From NCBI GenBank assembly GCA_003132585.1, contig PKYG01000116.1, positions 492 through 64,491 on the forward strand: a stretch of DNA of 64,000 nucleotides, given 5' to 3'. Origin of the DNA: Actinomycetota bacterium (GTDB lineage Bacteria > Actinomycetota > Thermoleophilia > UBA2241). The notes below the pieces were generated by a model that was given only the letters and a program-made list of their open reading frames with translations, was not told where the DNA came from and ran no database searches. Positions 27,370 through 34,938 of the stretch are shown here, one piece after another. Positions within the stretch are counted from its first letter, which is position 1. Every line of letters begins with the position of its first letter. The position numbers and the translations under genes were made by a program.

Positions 27370-27762
27370 GTGCGCTGTATCTACCTCGCTCATGCTGTGA
27401 CCAATGCGGCATCAGGCTACGAGGACATGCGGGTGGCTATCAGGACCGCAGTTCCCGATGCAAAGTGCATAGAGCCTGAAGGTCGACTTCTTCCAGAGAT
27501 CATCGCCGAGACGGCCTTCGACGGAATCAAGGCCTGCGATGTCCTGGTTGCCGACATCAGTGAGTACAGCATAGGCGTGGGCGTCGAAATCGGATATGCC
27601 TTCGGCCTCGGGAAACAGATTGTCTTGATTGCGAAAGAGACCGCCAAAGATGAGATATCGCCATTCCTTCGTGGAATCGCCCCCGACATTCTCTTCTATA
27701 GCAGTGTTGGCGACCTGTCGCGGCAGCTGGCGAGAGCTCTGAGGCGGGACAACTTCCCTTGA
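27370..27762 (+). CDS. Nucleoside 2-deoxyribosyltransferase / Rcl(DNPH1)-like protein
   Basis: GTG start 1 nt after the upstream stop. The N-terminal IYLAHAV strand and DVLVADISEYSIGVGVEIGYAFGLGKQIVLIAKE match the NDT-family core, with the conserved Glu in the E-x-G-Y-A context. Confidence 0.7.
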   Translation: MRCIYLAHAVTNAASGYEDMRVAIRTAVPDAKCIEPEGRLLPEIIAETAFDGIKACDVLVADISEYSIGVGVEIGYAFGLGKQIVLIAKETAKDEISPFLRGIAPDILFYSSVGDLSRQLARALRRDNFP

Positions 27763-27880
27763 CGAGAAAGTGCCCTCTTCTCGACCAAGGGAAGGACAGA
27801 AGCGTCATCGACAGTCGACATGCAGAGCGAAGTGGCCACTCCTCTCCCACAAACCAGATCGGCACGCTTGGGCGATGAAG

Positions 27881-28999
27881 CTAGAGCTGGCCCTCGTGGC
27901 CGGGATCCTGTTGTCTCTGCCGCCTGTATTGGCGCCAGACCTCCACTGGGCTGAACTTGGCCGCCGCTTCTCGCATACGGCTCAGTGCCTCGTGGCTGTA
28001 CCTCGGGAATCGTGACTTCCCGTGCTGGAAAGTGTGACAGCACTTCTCGTCCGATTTCAGGCCGAGCTTCCACACAAACGCAGTCGCCTGAGGTGCCGTA
28101 AGACTAGCCAGTCGGGCGAGGTCTGTTAGAGCAAACGGGTAGCGCTGCTCGTTATCGACTTCGCGGATGATTGCGGCGCTTTCAGCTTCATCCTCTGTCT
28201 CCGCGAACTTCACTGGCGGCGCGTCCTTCGCCTTGGCAAGGCGCACGTTGTAGGTCTGGCCGGTGCCGCTTGCGTCCAACGTCAACGACGCGAGGTTCGG
28301 CATTACCTCGCGCCAGGGGCGACCTTGCTTCAGTCGATTCGTCGCCCGGTCGACTTCAAGCGGGGTTGCGGTGCGCTCTTCCCCCGCCGCTGCGAGATCA
28401 ATGGCAAGCAGCGGGCGGAGTCGCGCCTTCGCCTCTGCGGTCTTGCGCCGCCCAGGCTCCAACAGGGCCTTGACTTGGGACACCTCCGTATCGATGAGCA
28501 ACTCAAGCGATGTCGGAGGATCGGTCGAAACCGGCAGCACACGACTCGGCAGGAAGTCGGCAAGGCTCACGTCGAACTCCTGTTTCAACACCTTGTCGAA
28601 CACCGTCACCGCCGTTTGGGTTTGCAGATACAGCGTCTGCTCGGAGAGCATCACCACTGAGTGTTGCGCAGCGTCGCGAACGTTCGACACGGCCGTCAAC
28701 GAGAGCGTTTCGGACTCCGTAAGAACCTTCTCGCCCTGATTCCCCAGCATCCGCAAAGCCGTGGCAACACTGATGCTTTTCGACTCGCGACGACGCTGTA
28801 TCGACTTGCCACGTTGCAGAAGGACGGCTTTCATCAGCATTTCGTGCGCATGAAGAGCGAAATGTAGGACTGCTTCCCGCCTTCCTTCCTCATACGGCCG
28901 GTTGAAGTGCTCGATCGCAAGGCGAGCAGAGCTGATAGCTCGCTCCAAGTACAGCCTCACGTTGCGTTTGACCCTCACAGCAGCCGCACCCCCCAACAT
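27881..28999 (-). CDS. Hypothetical protein with N-terminal HEPN-type Rx4H motif (DUF3644-like by recall) and C-terminal HTH-like region
   Basis: 372-aa ORF. LAIEHFNRPYEEGRREAVLHFALHAHEMLMKAVLL...VSNVRDAAQHS contains an R-x4-H motif. The tail reads ...LTDLARLASLTAPQATAFVWKLGL.... Confidence 0.65.
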   Translation of the reverse strand: MLGGAAAVRVKRNVRLYLERAISSARLAIEHFNRPYEEGRREAVLHFALHAHEMLMKAVLLQRGKSIQRRRESKSISVATALRMLGNQGEKVLTESETLSLTAVSNVRDAAQHSVVMLSEQTLYLQTQTAVTVFDKVLKQEFDVSLADFLPSRVLPVSTDPPTSLELLIDTEVSQVKALLEPGRRKTAEAKARLRPLLAIDLAAAGEERTATPLEVDRATNRLKQGRPWREVMPNLASLTLDASGTGQTYNVRLAKAKDAPPVKFAETEDEAESAAIIREVDNEQRYPFALTDLARLASLTAPQATAFVWKLGLKSDEKCCHTFQHGKSRFPRYSHEALSRMREAAAKFSPVEVWRQYRRQRQQDPGHEGQL

Positions 29000-29089
29000 C
29001 TACTTGCGTCCGCAAGTCCTCCGTTCAGCCGGCCAACGACAACATGTGCGGCTCGAACGAGCGACCAGGACCCTGACATGCGAAATCGA

Positions 29090-29212
29090 CTACGCCGGCC
29101 ACGGGAGGTTCTCGGTTGCGCCGAAGATGTGCCCGTCGTCAACCCAACAATGGGTGTAGCCCCCAGGACCGAAGATGTGGCCTCCGTCGATCCAGTAGCC
29201 TGTGTGAGACAC
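29090..29212 (-). CDS. Unlisted small ORF (40 aa) with tandem W(I/V)D(G/D)GHIFG motif
   Basis: Hand translation of the minus strand: GTG at 29212, preceded by GGGAG with a 5-nt spacer. Product is VSHTGYWIDGGHIFGPGGYTHCWVDDGHIFGATENLPWPA, with stop TAG at 29090-29092. It is co-oriented with the HEPN-motif gene and 90 bp upstream of it. It is below the 60-aa cutoff of the ORF track. Confidence 0.45.
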   Translation of the reverse strand: MSHTGYWIDGGHIFGPGGYTHCWVDDGHIFGATENLPWPA

Positions 29213-29398
29213 GACCACTCCCAGATTAGTGGTGCCCTCGTGACCCGTGTTTCGCTAGCGGCGCCGCCGCCCGTGCTTGCCCTCTAAGTCATGCATACTA
29301 GCGCACGGCTCAACGAGAATGTCGGCGCAAATGGTGACTTTCGGCGACCGGTGAGAGTCATCGTAATGAGGAAGATGCCGAATAGCAGGGGTTTCTTC

Positions 29399-29442
29399 TG
29401 GAGGCGGCGACCGGAGTCGAACCGGTGATGGAGGTTTTGCAG
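29399..29442 (-). pseudogene. tRNA-Cys(GCA) 3' half fragment (anticodon loop to CCA); probable att-site scar
   Basis: The reverse complement is CTGCAAA-ACCTC-CATC-ACCGG-TTCGACT-CCGGT-CGCCGCC-T-CCA. That parses as anticodon loop with GCA, anticodon stem 3' strand, 4-nt variable loop, complete T arm, acceptor 3' strand, discriminator U and CCA. Compare the E. coli tRNA-Cys 3' end ...GGUUCGACUCCGGAACGCGCCUCCA. The 5 nt 5' of the loop (CACCA) cannot pair with ACCTC, and no GGCGGCG acceptor 5' strand is present. Confidence 0.75.
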
Positions 29443-29861
29443 TGGTGACTGGCGCCCAGAGCCCCTGACCGGTCTCCTGAACTGGCTGCACGTGGCCATT
29501 CTCGCCCGACCGATCGAGGCCCAAGTGCGCGAGTCTTGACCCCCCGAACAATCGATGTCGGCGAAATGGCGGCGGCCCAACTGGCGCTACGTGGCGCAAT
29601 TGGAAGGCCCCATCAAGCCTTGGCGCTCAGTGCCGGGGCGAATCGCGACCAGCGCGAGAGATCTCGTCTTGCCTGCCTATGCAGGGCTTTTGCCGCGCGG
29701 CCTACGGTGGCTGGCGGCGCACACAACCACCCCGCGCTGCACTGGCGAGGCCCTCAGCCACGCCAGTCCCAGGCACGCGGGGTGTCGGCTGTGAGCACTC
29801 AGACGTGCGCAGCGGCTCGCCAGCGGCACCGTTATCGATCGGCTATCGTACCGGCTCGCGC

Positions 29862-31049
29862 TTAGCTGGCCCGGGCGCGGCGCTCGCGCCGGCGCTTCTG
29901 CTTCTTGGCGGCGTCCTGACAGAGCAACGAGCAGAAGCGCTGTTTGCGGCGCCGGGAGCGATACAGCTGCCCGCAACGCTTACAGGAGGCGAAGCGCACG
30001 CCGCCGCTGATGTCGCGGTAAGCCATGACCGCGAGGCTGCCCAGAAGCGAGGGGATCGCAAGCTCGGCCTTGAAGCTGCCTTGGACGTAGCGCAGCACCG
30101 GCGAGACGCACTCGAGCAGCTCGTTGAGGGCCTCGATCTGCGCACTTCGCTTCTTTGCGTCTGACGACTGCACACCGCGCAGGATGTCCGCCAGACAGAC
30201 CGCGTAGCCGGCGATCGCCACGACGTCCTCGCTGTAGGCGCGCCAGAAGGCGGCGCTGTTGGGAAGCGGCAAGCCGGATCCATGCCGGTCGCGCAAGTAG
30301 CTGCGCCGCAGCTCGTTGAGGTCAGCGAGCTCAATGGTCCGCGGCGCCCGCCGGCCTGGCAGCCCGTGGCGGCGCAGCACCACCTCGGGCCCCAGGCGCG
30401 TTTCGTTTCCGGGCCACACCGATTCTGCCCGAACCTTGGCGAGGCTGCGCACCGCCAAGCCCTCGGGCGGCGGTCCGGTCAGTGCCGAACGATGGACGAG
30501 GTCATGCTCGCGCCAACCTGCGCCGACGCGCTCGTAGCGTTTGACGTTGGTCAGCAGCTGGGCGTCTTCGCCGCTCTCAGAAAACCCCGCAAGCAGCGCC
30601 CTCGGTCCGGCCTCCAGATCAACGAGCAGCGTCTCGTGCTGGAAGATCCCTAGCAGACCGAACTGCTTGCACCAGTCGAGGATGGCCTCGCCAAGCTCCG
30701 GCGGCAGCTCAACCTCCTCGGCGGCCAGGGCGGCCTGGGCGCGGCCGAGCCACGCGACGATCTCTGAGCTCGTCGGGTGGGCCGGCACCTCGCCGGCCGC
30801 CTGCGTCCAGAAGCGATCCCAACTTGTCTTGACCGTCTCAGAGTGCCAGTCGCGCACCTGCTCGCCGAGACGGCCGAGCTCGACGTAGAGAGGCTGCTTT
30901 CCAGCCGCAGCGTCCCCGTCATGCCAGGGGTCGTAGGTCGTAAGGCGGGCGCCCCGGACCGGTCGCACGCGACGTCCGACGAGCTCGTAGCGCTCGAAGC
31001 GCCACCAGCTGCCCCGCCAGACCTGTCTGCCTGTGTTGTCTTCGGCCAT
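29862..31049 (-). CDS. Hypothetical protein with C-terminal zinc-ribbon and basic tail
   Basis: 395-aa ORF ending in CKRCGQLYRSRRRKQRFCSLLCQDAAKKQKRRRERRARAS. It is divergent from the ParB-methylase gene. I recognise no family for the first 340 aa. Confidence 0.65.
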   Translation of the reverse strand: MAEDNTGRQVWRGSWWRFERYELVGRRVRPVRGARLTTYDPWHDGDAAAGKQPLYVELGRLGEQVRDWHSETVKTSWDRFWTQAAGEVPAHPTSSEIVAWLGRAQAALAAEEVELPPELGEAILDWCKQFGLLGIFQHETLLVDLEAGPRALLAGFSESGEDAQLLTNVKRYERVGAGWREHDLVHRSALTGPPPEGLAVRSLAKVRAESVWPGNETRLGPEVVLRRHGLPGRRAPRTIELADLNELRRSYLRDRHGSGLPLPNSAAFWRAYSEDVVAIAGYAVCLADILRGVQSSDAKKRSAQIEALNELLECVSPVLRYVQGSFKAELAIPSLLGSLAVMAYRDISGGVRFASCKRCGQLYRSRRRKQRFCSLLCQDAAKKQKRRRERRARAS

Positions 31050-31056
31050 CGTCCCT

Positions 31057-31084
31057 GGTTAGTCCCTGCCACGTAGGGACAACC
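31057..31084. promoter_or_regulatory. Imperfect inverted repeat (GGTTaGTCCCT-7 nt-AGGGACAACC) in the divergent promoter/5' leader region
   Basis: GTCCCT at 31062-31067 pairs with AGGGAC at 31075-31080, and the flanking GGTT/AACC extend the stem. A third GTCCCT at 31051-31056 is the complement of the AGGGAC Shine-Dalgarno-like element of the 29862-31049 gene. Confidence 0.35.
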
Positions 31085-31209
31085 GGTGGAATCCTATTAC
31101 TAGAAGGCATCCCGCGACAAGCGATTGGAGGTACGCCCCAAGCAGTTTGAAGCCCTGCACCCGTTCTCGGTGCTGCCCTGTGCCCTTTCTTTCTTACGAG
31201 GTGATCCCG

Positions 31210-32502
31210 ATGTCAAAGCACACACTCCCCCCGTCCGGCCCGGCGAGCGCCGGCGAGCTTTCTGTCGTCTCCTGGCCGATCGAGCGGCCGATCCCCTACG
31301 CGCGTAACGCGCGCGTCATACCAAAGAGCGCGATCGACAAGGTGGCGACCTCGATTCGCCAGTTCGGCATGCGCCAGCCGATCGTGGTCGATGAGAACGA
31401 CGTCGTCCTGGTCGGCCACGTCCGCCTGCTGGCACTGCGTCAGCTGGGCCTGACCCACGTCCCCGTCCATGTCGCCGTCGGACTCTCGCCGGAGAAAGCG
31501 CGCGCCTATCGGCTGATGGACAACCGTTCCCACGACGAGACCACTTGGGACTACGGGCTGCTGGCACCCGAGCTTGCCGATCTCGGCGGCCTGGGCTTGG
31601 ATTTGGACCTCACCGGCTTTGGCGAGGCCGAGATCGCCACCCTGCTTAGCGGCCCCAGCGCAGGTCTGACCGACCCCGACGAGCTGCCCGAACCACCGGC
31701 GGAGCCGATCACCCAGCCCGGCGATTTGTGGATTATGGATGACCACCGTCTAGCCTGCGGCGACTCCATCGACCCCGTGCAGGTCGAGCGCGTGATGGAT
31801 GGCCAGCGCGCCAGCCTGATGGCAACAGATCCGCCTTATCTCTGTAATTACGATGGTGGTAATAGGCCCCAGACCTGGGGCAAGGACGGCCAGCCCATCA
31901 GCGGCGAGGACAAGACCAAGCATTGGGACACCTACGTCGACCACGACACCTCGGTGAAGTTCTACGAGGACTTCCTCAAGGTCGCCCTCGCCGAGGCCCT
32001 GACCGAGACTCCGGTGGTCTACCAGTGGTTCGCCATGATGAAGGCCGACATCGTCTTCGAGGCCTGGCGCACGGTCGGACTCTTGCCCCATCAGGTGATC
32101 GTGTGGCACAAGAGCCGTCACGTCTTAAGCCGCTGCGACTTCATGTGGAATTACGAGGTCGCGGCATATGGATGGGTCCAAGGCAAGCGTCCCGAACCAG
32201 AGCGTCGTCCACCGGCCAACGCCACCGCCGTCTGGGAGGTCCCCTCAGCGATAGAAGACGGCGCCAGCGGCATCCATCCCACGCAAAAAGCAGTCGAGCT
32301 CATCCGCCGTCCGATCGAGTACCACACGCACGCAGGCGAGCTGATCTACGAGCCCTTCGCCGGTTCCGGTACCGCGTTCATCGCCGCCGCGCAGATGGGG
32401 CGGCGCTGCTTCGGCCTCGAGATCAGCCCGAGCTTCGTCGATCTCGCCGTGATCCGTTGGCAGAACTTCACCGGCAGAACCGCGCAGCGGGTCGGCGGCT
32501 GA
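31210..32502 (+). CDS. ParB-like nuclease domain fused to N4/N6 DNA methyltransferase (beta class)
   Basis: ATG 31210 is preceded by GAGGTGA. The ParB-like N-terminal region reads RQPIVVDENDVVLVGHVRLLALRQLG. The methylase has motif IV LMATDPPY before motif I IYEPFAGSGTAFIAAAQMGRRCFGLEI. Confidence 0.9.
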   Translation: MSKHTLPPSGPASAGELSVVSWPIERPIPYARNARVIPKSAIDKVATSIRQFGMRQPIVVDENDVVLVGHVRLLALRQLGLTHVPVHVAVGLSPEKARAYRLMDNRSHDETTWDYGLLAPELADLGGLGLDLDLTGFGEAEIATLLSGPSAGLTDPDELPEPPAEPITQPGDLWIMDDHRLACGDSIDPVQVERVMDGQRASLMATDPPYLCNYDGGNRPQTWGKDGQPISGEDKTKHWDTYVDHDTSVKFYEDFLKVALAEALTETPVVYQWFAMMKADIVFEAWRTVGLLPHQVIVWHKSRHVLSRCDFMWNYEVAAYGWVQGKRPEPERRPPANATAVWEVPSAIEDGASGIHPTQKAVELIRRPIEYHTHAGELIYEPFAGSGTAFIAAAQMGRRCFGLEISPSFVDLAVIRWQNFTGRTAQRVGG

Positions 32503-32521
32503 AAATGAAAGGAGGCCGTTG

Positions 32522-32926
32522 ATGGCCACAGACCAAGTCCACGTCTCGAAGGCCGAGCGTCTGCGCCGCGTGATGGAGATCTATCCGCTCGTGGTCGACG
32601 GCCTCGCCTTTGCCCAGATCAAGGAGGTCACATCGAAGAAGTTCAGCTGGTCGGTGCCGGACCGCACCCTGCAGCGCTACATCGCCCAGGCCAACGCCCT
32701 GGTGGCCGAACAGGCGAGCTATGTGCGCGCCGAGAAGTTCGCCCAGGCAGCGGCCTTTTTGGAACGTCTACGCACCCGCGCCGCGATCGCTGGCGACATC
32801 ACCCGCGCCCTCGCCGTGCAGTGCGAGCTCGATCGCCTCTACGGCCTGCTCGCCCCCGACAAGCACGAGCTCGCTGGTGGCCTCGCGCTGAAGGGCTACG
32901 TCAACCTTGATGAGGAGGAGCTATGA
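32522..32926 (+). CDS. Putative terminase small subunit / DNA-binding packaging protein
   Basis: 134-aa helical protein with AAAGGAGG upstream. Its stop overlaps the TerL start (ATGA). The assignment is positional only. Confidence 0.45.
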   Translation: MATDQVHVSKAERLRRVMEIYPLVVDGLAFAQIKEVTSKKFSWSVPDRTLQRYIAQANALVAEQASYVRAEKFAQAAAFLERLRTRAAIAGDITRALAVQCELDRLYGLLAPDKHELAGGLALKGYVNLDEEEL

Positions 32927-34440
32927 ACGAGTCGTCGTCAGCGGATGGATTCCGCGTGGAGAAGCTCTACCACCCCTACGGCGGCGCCAAAGAGCTGATG
33001 CGCAGCCACGAGCCCGAGGTCCTGCTCTGCGGACCGTCGGGCACCGGCAAGTCGCGGGCCGCCCTGGAGAAGCTCAACGCGTTGTGCCTCAAATACCCGG
33101 GGCTGCGCGTCCTCGTGATTCGCAAGACCCGCGAGAGCCTGACTCAGTCCGGGCTGGTCACCCTCGACCACGACGTGATTGTCCCCGAGCACGCGGTGTG
33201 GCTGGCCAACCGCGGCGAGTGGCGATACAGAAACGGCTCGCGGATCGTCGTCGCTGGCATGGATAAGGTCGGCAAAATCATGAGCTCCGAGTACGACATC
33301 ATCTACGTGCAGGAGGCGACCGAACTGCTCGAAGACGACTGGGAGCATCTGACCACGCGCCTGCGCGGCACGACATTGCCCTACCATCAAATCATCGCCG
33401 ACTGTAACCCGTCGGGCTCCTCGCACTGGCTGTTGCGCCGTGCCCAGGCCGGCAAGCTGAAGATCATTGACTCACGCCACGAGGACAACCCGCGCCTGGT
33501 CGACCCCCGCACCGGCGAGTACACCCCCGAGGGTCGCGACTACCTCGCCAAGCTCGATGCACTCACCGGCGTGCGCTACCAACGCCTGCGCCTTGGCCGC
33601 TGGGTGAGTGCCGAAGGCATCGTCTTCAACGAGTACGATGCCAACGTCCATCTGATCGCGGCACAGCCAGCCTTCGGCGGCGAGTTGCCACCGGCCCACT
33701 GGCCGCGGTTGTGGTCGATCGACTTCGGCTACACGCACCCGTTCGTCTGGCAGGCGTGGGCGAAGGATCCCGAGACCGAGGCGCTGTATCGCTTCGCCGA
33801 GCTCTACCACACCAACCTGCTGGTCGAGAAGGTCGCCGACATCATCACCGCATGGATGAACCGCACCGGTGAGGAGTTCCCCGAGGCGATCATCTGCGAT
33901 CACGATGCCGAGGGTCGCGCCACCCTGCGCGACAAGCTCGGCGTGCCGACAATCGGCGCGAAGAAGTCAGTCGCACTCGGGATCCAGGCGGTCAAGCAGC
34001 GGCTCTTAGTCGACGGCGAGGGCAAGGCCCGCCTCTACCTGATTCGCGACGCCGGCATCATGCCCGATGCGACACTCTTCGAGGCCAAGCAGCCGACCTC
34101 GACGGAGGAAGAGATCGAGCTCTACATCTGGGAGGACGGCGTCAAGGACTCGACCCCGGTCAAGGCCCACGACCACGGCATGGACGCGATGCGCTATGTG
34201 ACGATGCACGTCGACAAGGGCGGCTGGTCGCTCGAACAGATCGCCGCCTGGGGACGCGGGGAGTCAAGCCTCAAGGCGTCCGGCTCATCTTCGGCCCCCG
34301 CGAAGCCCGAGCCGCAACCCAAGCCGCCCGAGCCGGAGAAACCGGCGGAAACGCCGGAGGAAAAGCAGCGCCGCCGGGAAGAGGAGGTCGAGGAGATGAA
34401 CCGCCAGGCGCTGCTGCGCGCCCGCGGCTTCAAAGAATAG
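32923..34440 (+). CDS. Phage terminase large subunit (PBSX-like family)
   Basis: Walker A LLCGPSGTGKS, Walker B-like YDIIYVQEATEL, nuclease-domain acidic motifs SIDFGYTHP and HDHGMDAMRYV. An unusual Pro/Glu/Lys-rich C-terminal tail of about 60 aa follows. Confidence 0.9.
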   Translation: MNESSSADGFRVEKLYHPYGGAKELMRSHEPEVLLCGPSGTGKSRAALEKLNALCLKYPGLRVLVIRKTRESLTQSGLVTLDHDVIVPEHAVWLANRGEWRYRNGSRIVVAGMDKVGKIMSSEYDIIYVQEATELLEDDWEHLTTRLRGTTLPYHQIIADCNPSGSSHWLLRRAQAGKLKIIDSRHEDNPRLVDPRTGEYTPEGRDYLAKLDALTGVRYQRLRLGRWVSAEGIVFNEYDANVHLIAAQPAFGGELPPAHWPRLWSIDFGYTHPFVWQAWAKDPETEALYRFAELYHTNLLVEKVADIITAWMNRTGEEFPEAIICDHDAEGRATLRDKLGVPTIGAKKSVALGIQAVKQRLLVDGEGKARLYLIRDAGIMPDATLFEAKQPTSTEEEIELYIWEDGVKDSTPVKAHDHGMDAMRYVTMHVDKGGWSLEQIAAWGRGESSLKASGSSSAPAKPEPQPKPPEPEKPAETPEEKQRRREEEVEEMNRQALLRARGFKE

Positions 34441-34463
34441 GGACCAGGGTCTTCGACCACCGT

Positions 34464-34496
34464 GTCGGCGCCGCCGCAAAGACCGGCGGCGCCGAC
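34464..34496 (+). terminator. Perfect 13-bp GC-rich hairpin 24 nt after the TerL stop (intrinsic terminator candidate)
   Basis: GTCGGCGCCGCCG (34464-34476), loop CAAAGAC, then CGGCGGCGCCGAC (34484-34496). There is no U-tract, which is common in high-GC organisms. Confidence 0.55.
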
Positions 34497-34540
34497 CGAT
34501 TCGTATCTCGCTTCGGCGATTGGGGCATGATCTGCTTCCT

Positions 34541-34585
34541 CCTTATCGGTCCGAGAACCAGAACCTCAGGGTGGACCGATCTCAG
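34541..34585. repeat. Direct repeat copy 1 (45 nt)
   Basis: CCTTATCGGTCCGAGAACCAGAACCTCAGGGTGGACCGATCTCAG. In a hand alignment 37 of 45 positions are identical to 34939-34983. Both copies are followed by GGAGGTCAG. Confidence 0.7.
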
Positions 34586-34938
34586 CAACCGTCTTGGAGG
34601 TCAGTCCGCGTCGATCGACTCGGCGGGCTGATTCACGCGTATCACCGAACAGCAGCGTGAATCGGGATAAACGCACCCCTCAGGGTCAGCTTGAGACCGG
34701 CGTTGACACCGCCGCAACGTGTCGCCCGCAGTATCCAGATCTAGCTACCGCCAGCGGCCCAGCGCTCGACCATCGAGCGTGCGCGCAACGGCGCCGACGC
34801 ATCATCGGCACCGTTGCGCGCATCCACACGGTGACGGCCGCGAGCCGCGCCCGATGCTCGACGTCTGCTCACACTCCGTCGCGAGCACACCTCGTACGCC
34901 TGCACTCAAGGTGTCAACGGTAAGGAGGTCAAGAACCT

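Noticed and set aside
29399-29477. Possible intact tRNA or tmRNA gene on the minus strand (canonical T arm and CCA end)
   Set aside because: Only the 3' 44 nt fit a tRNA-Cys. The 5 nt preceding the anticodon loop cannot form the anticodon stem. No GGCGGCG acceptor 5' strand occurs within about 100 nt. The acceptor lacks the G3:U70 pair expected of tmRNA. It is kept only as a tRNA half fragment.
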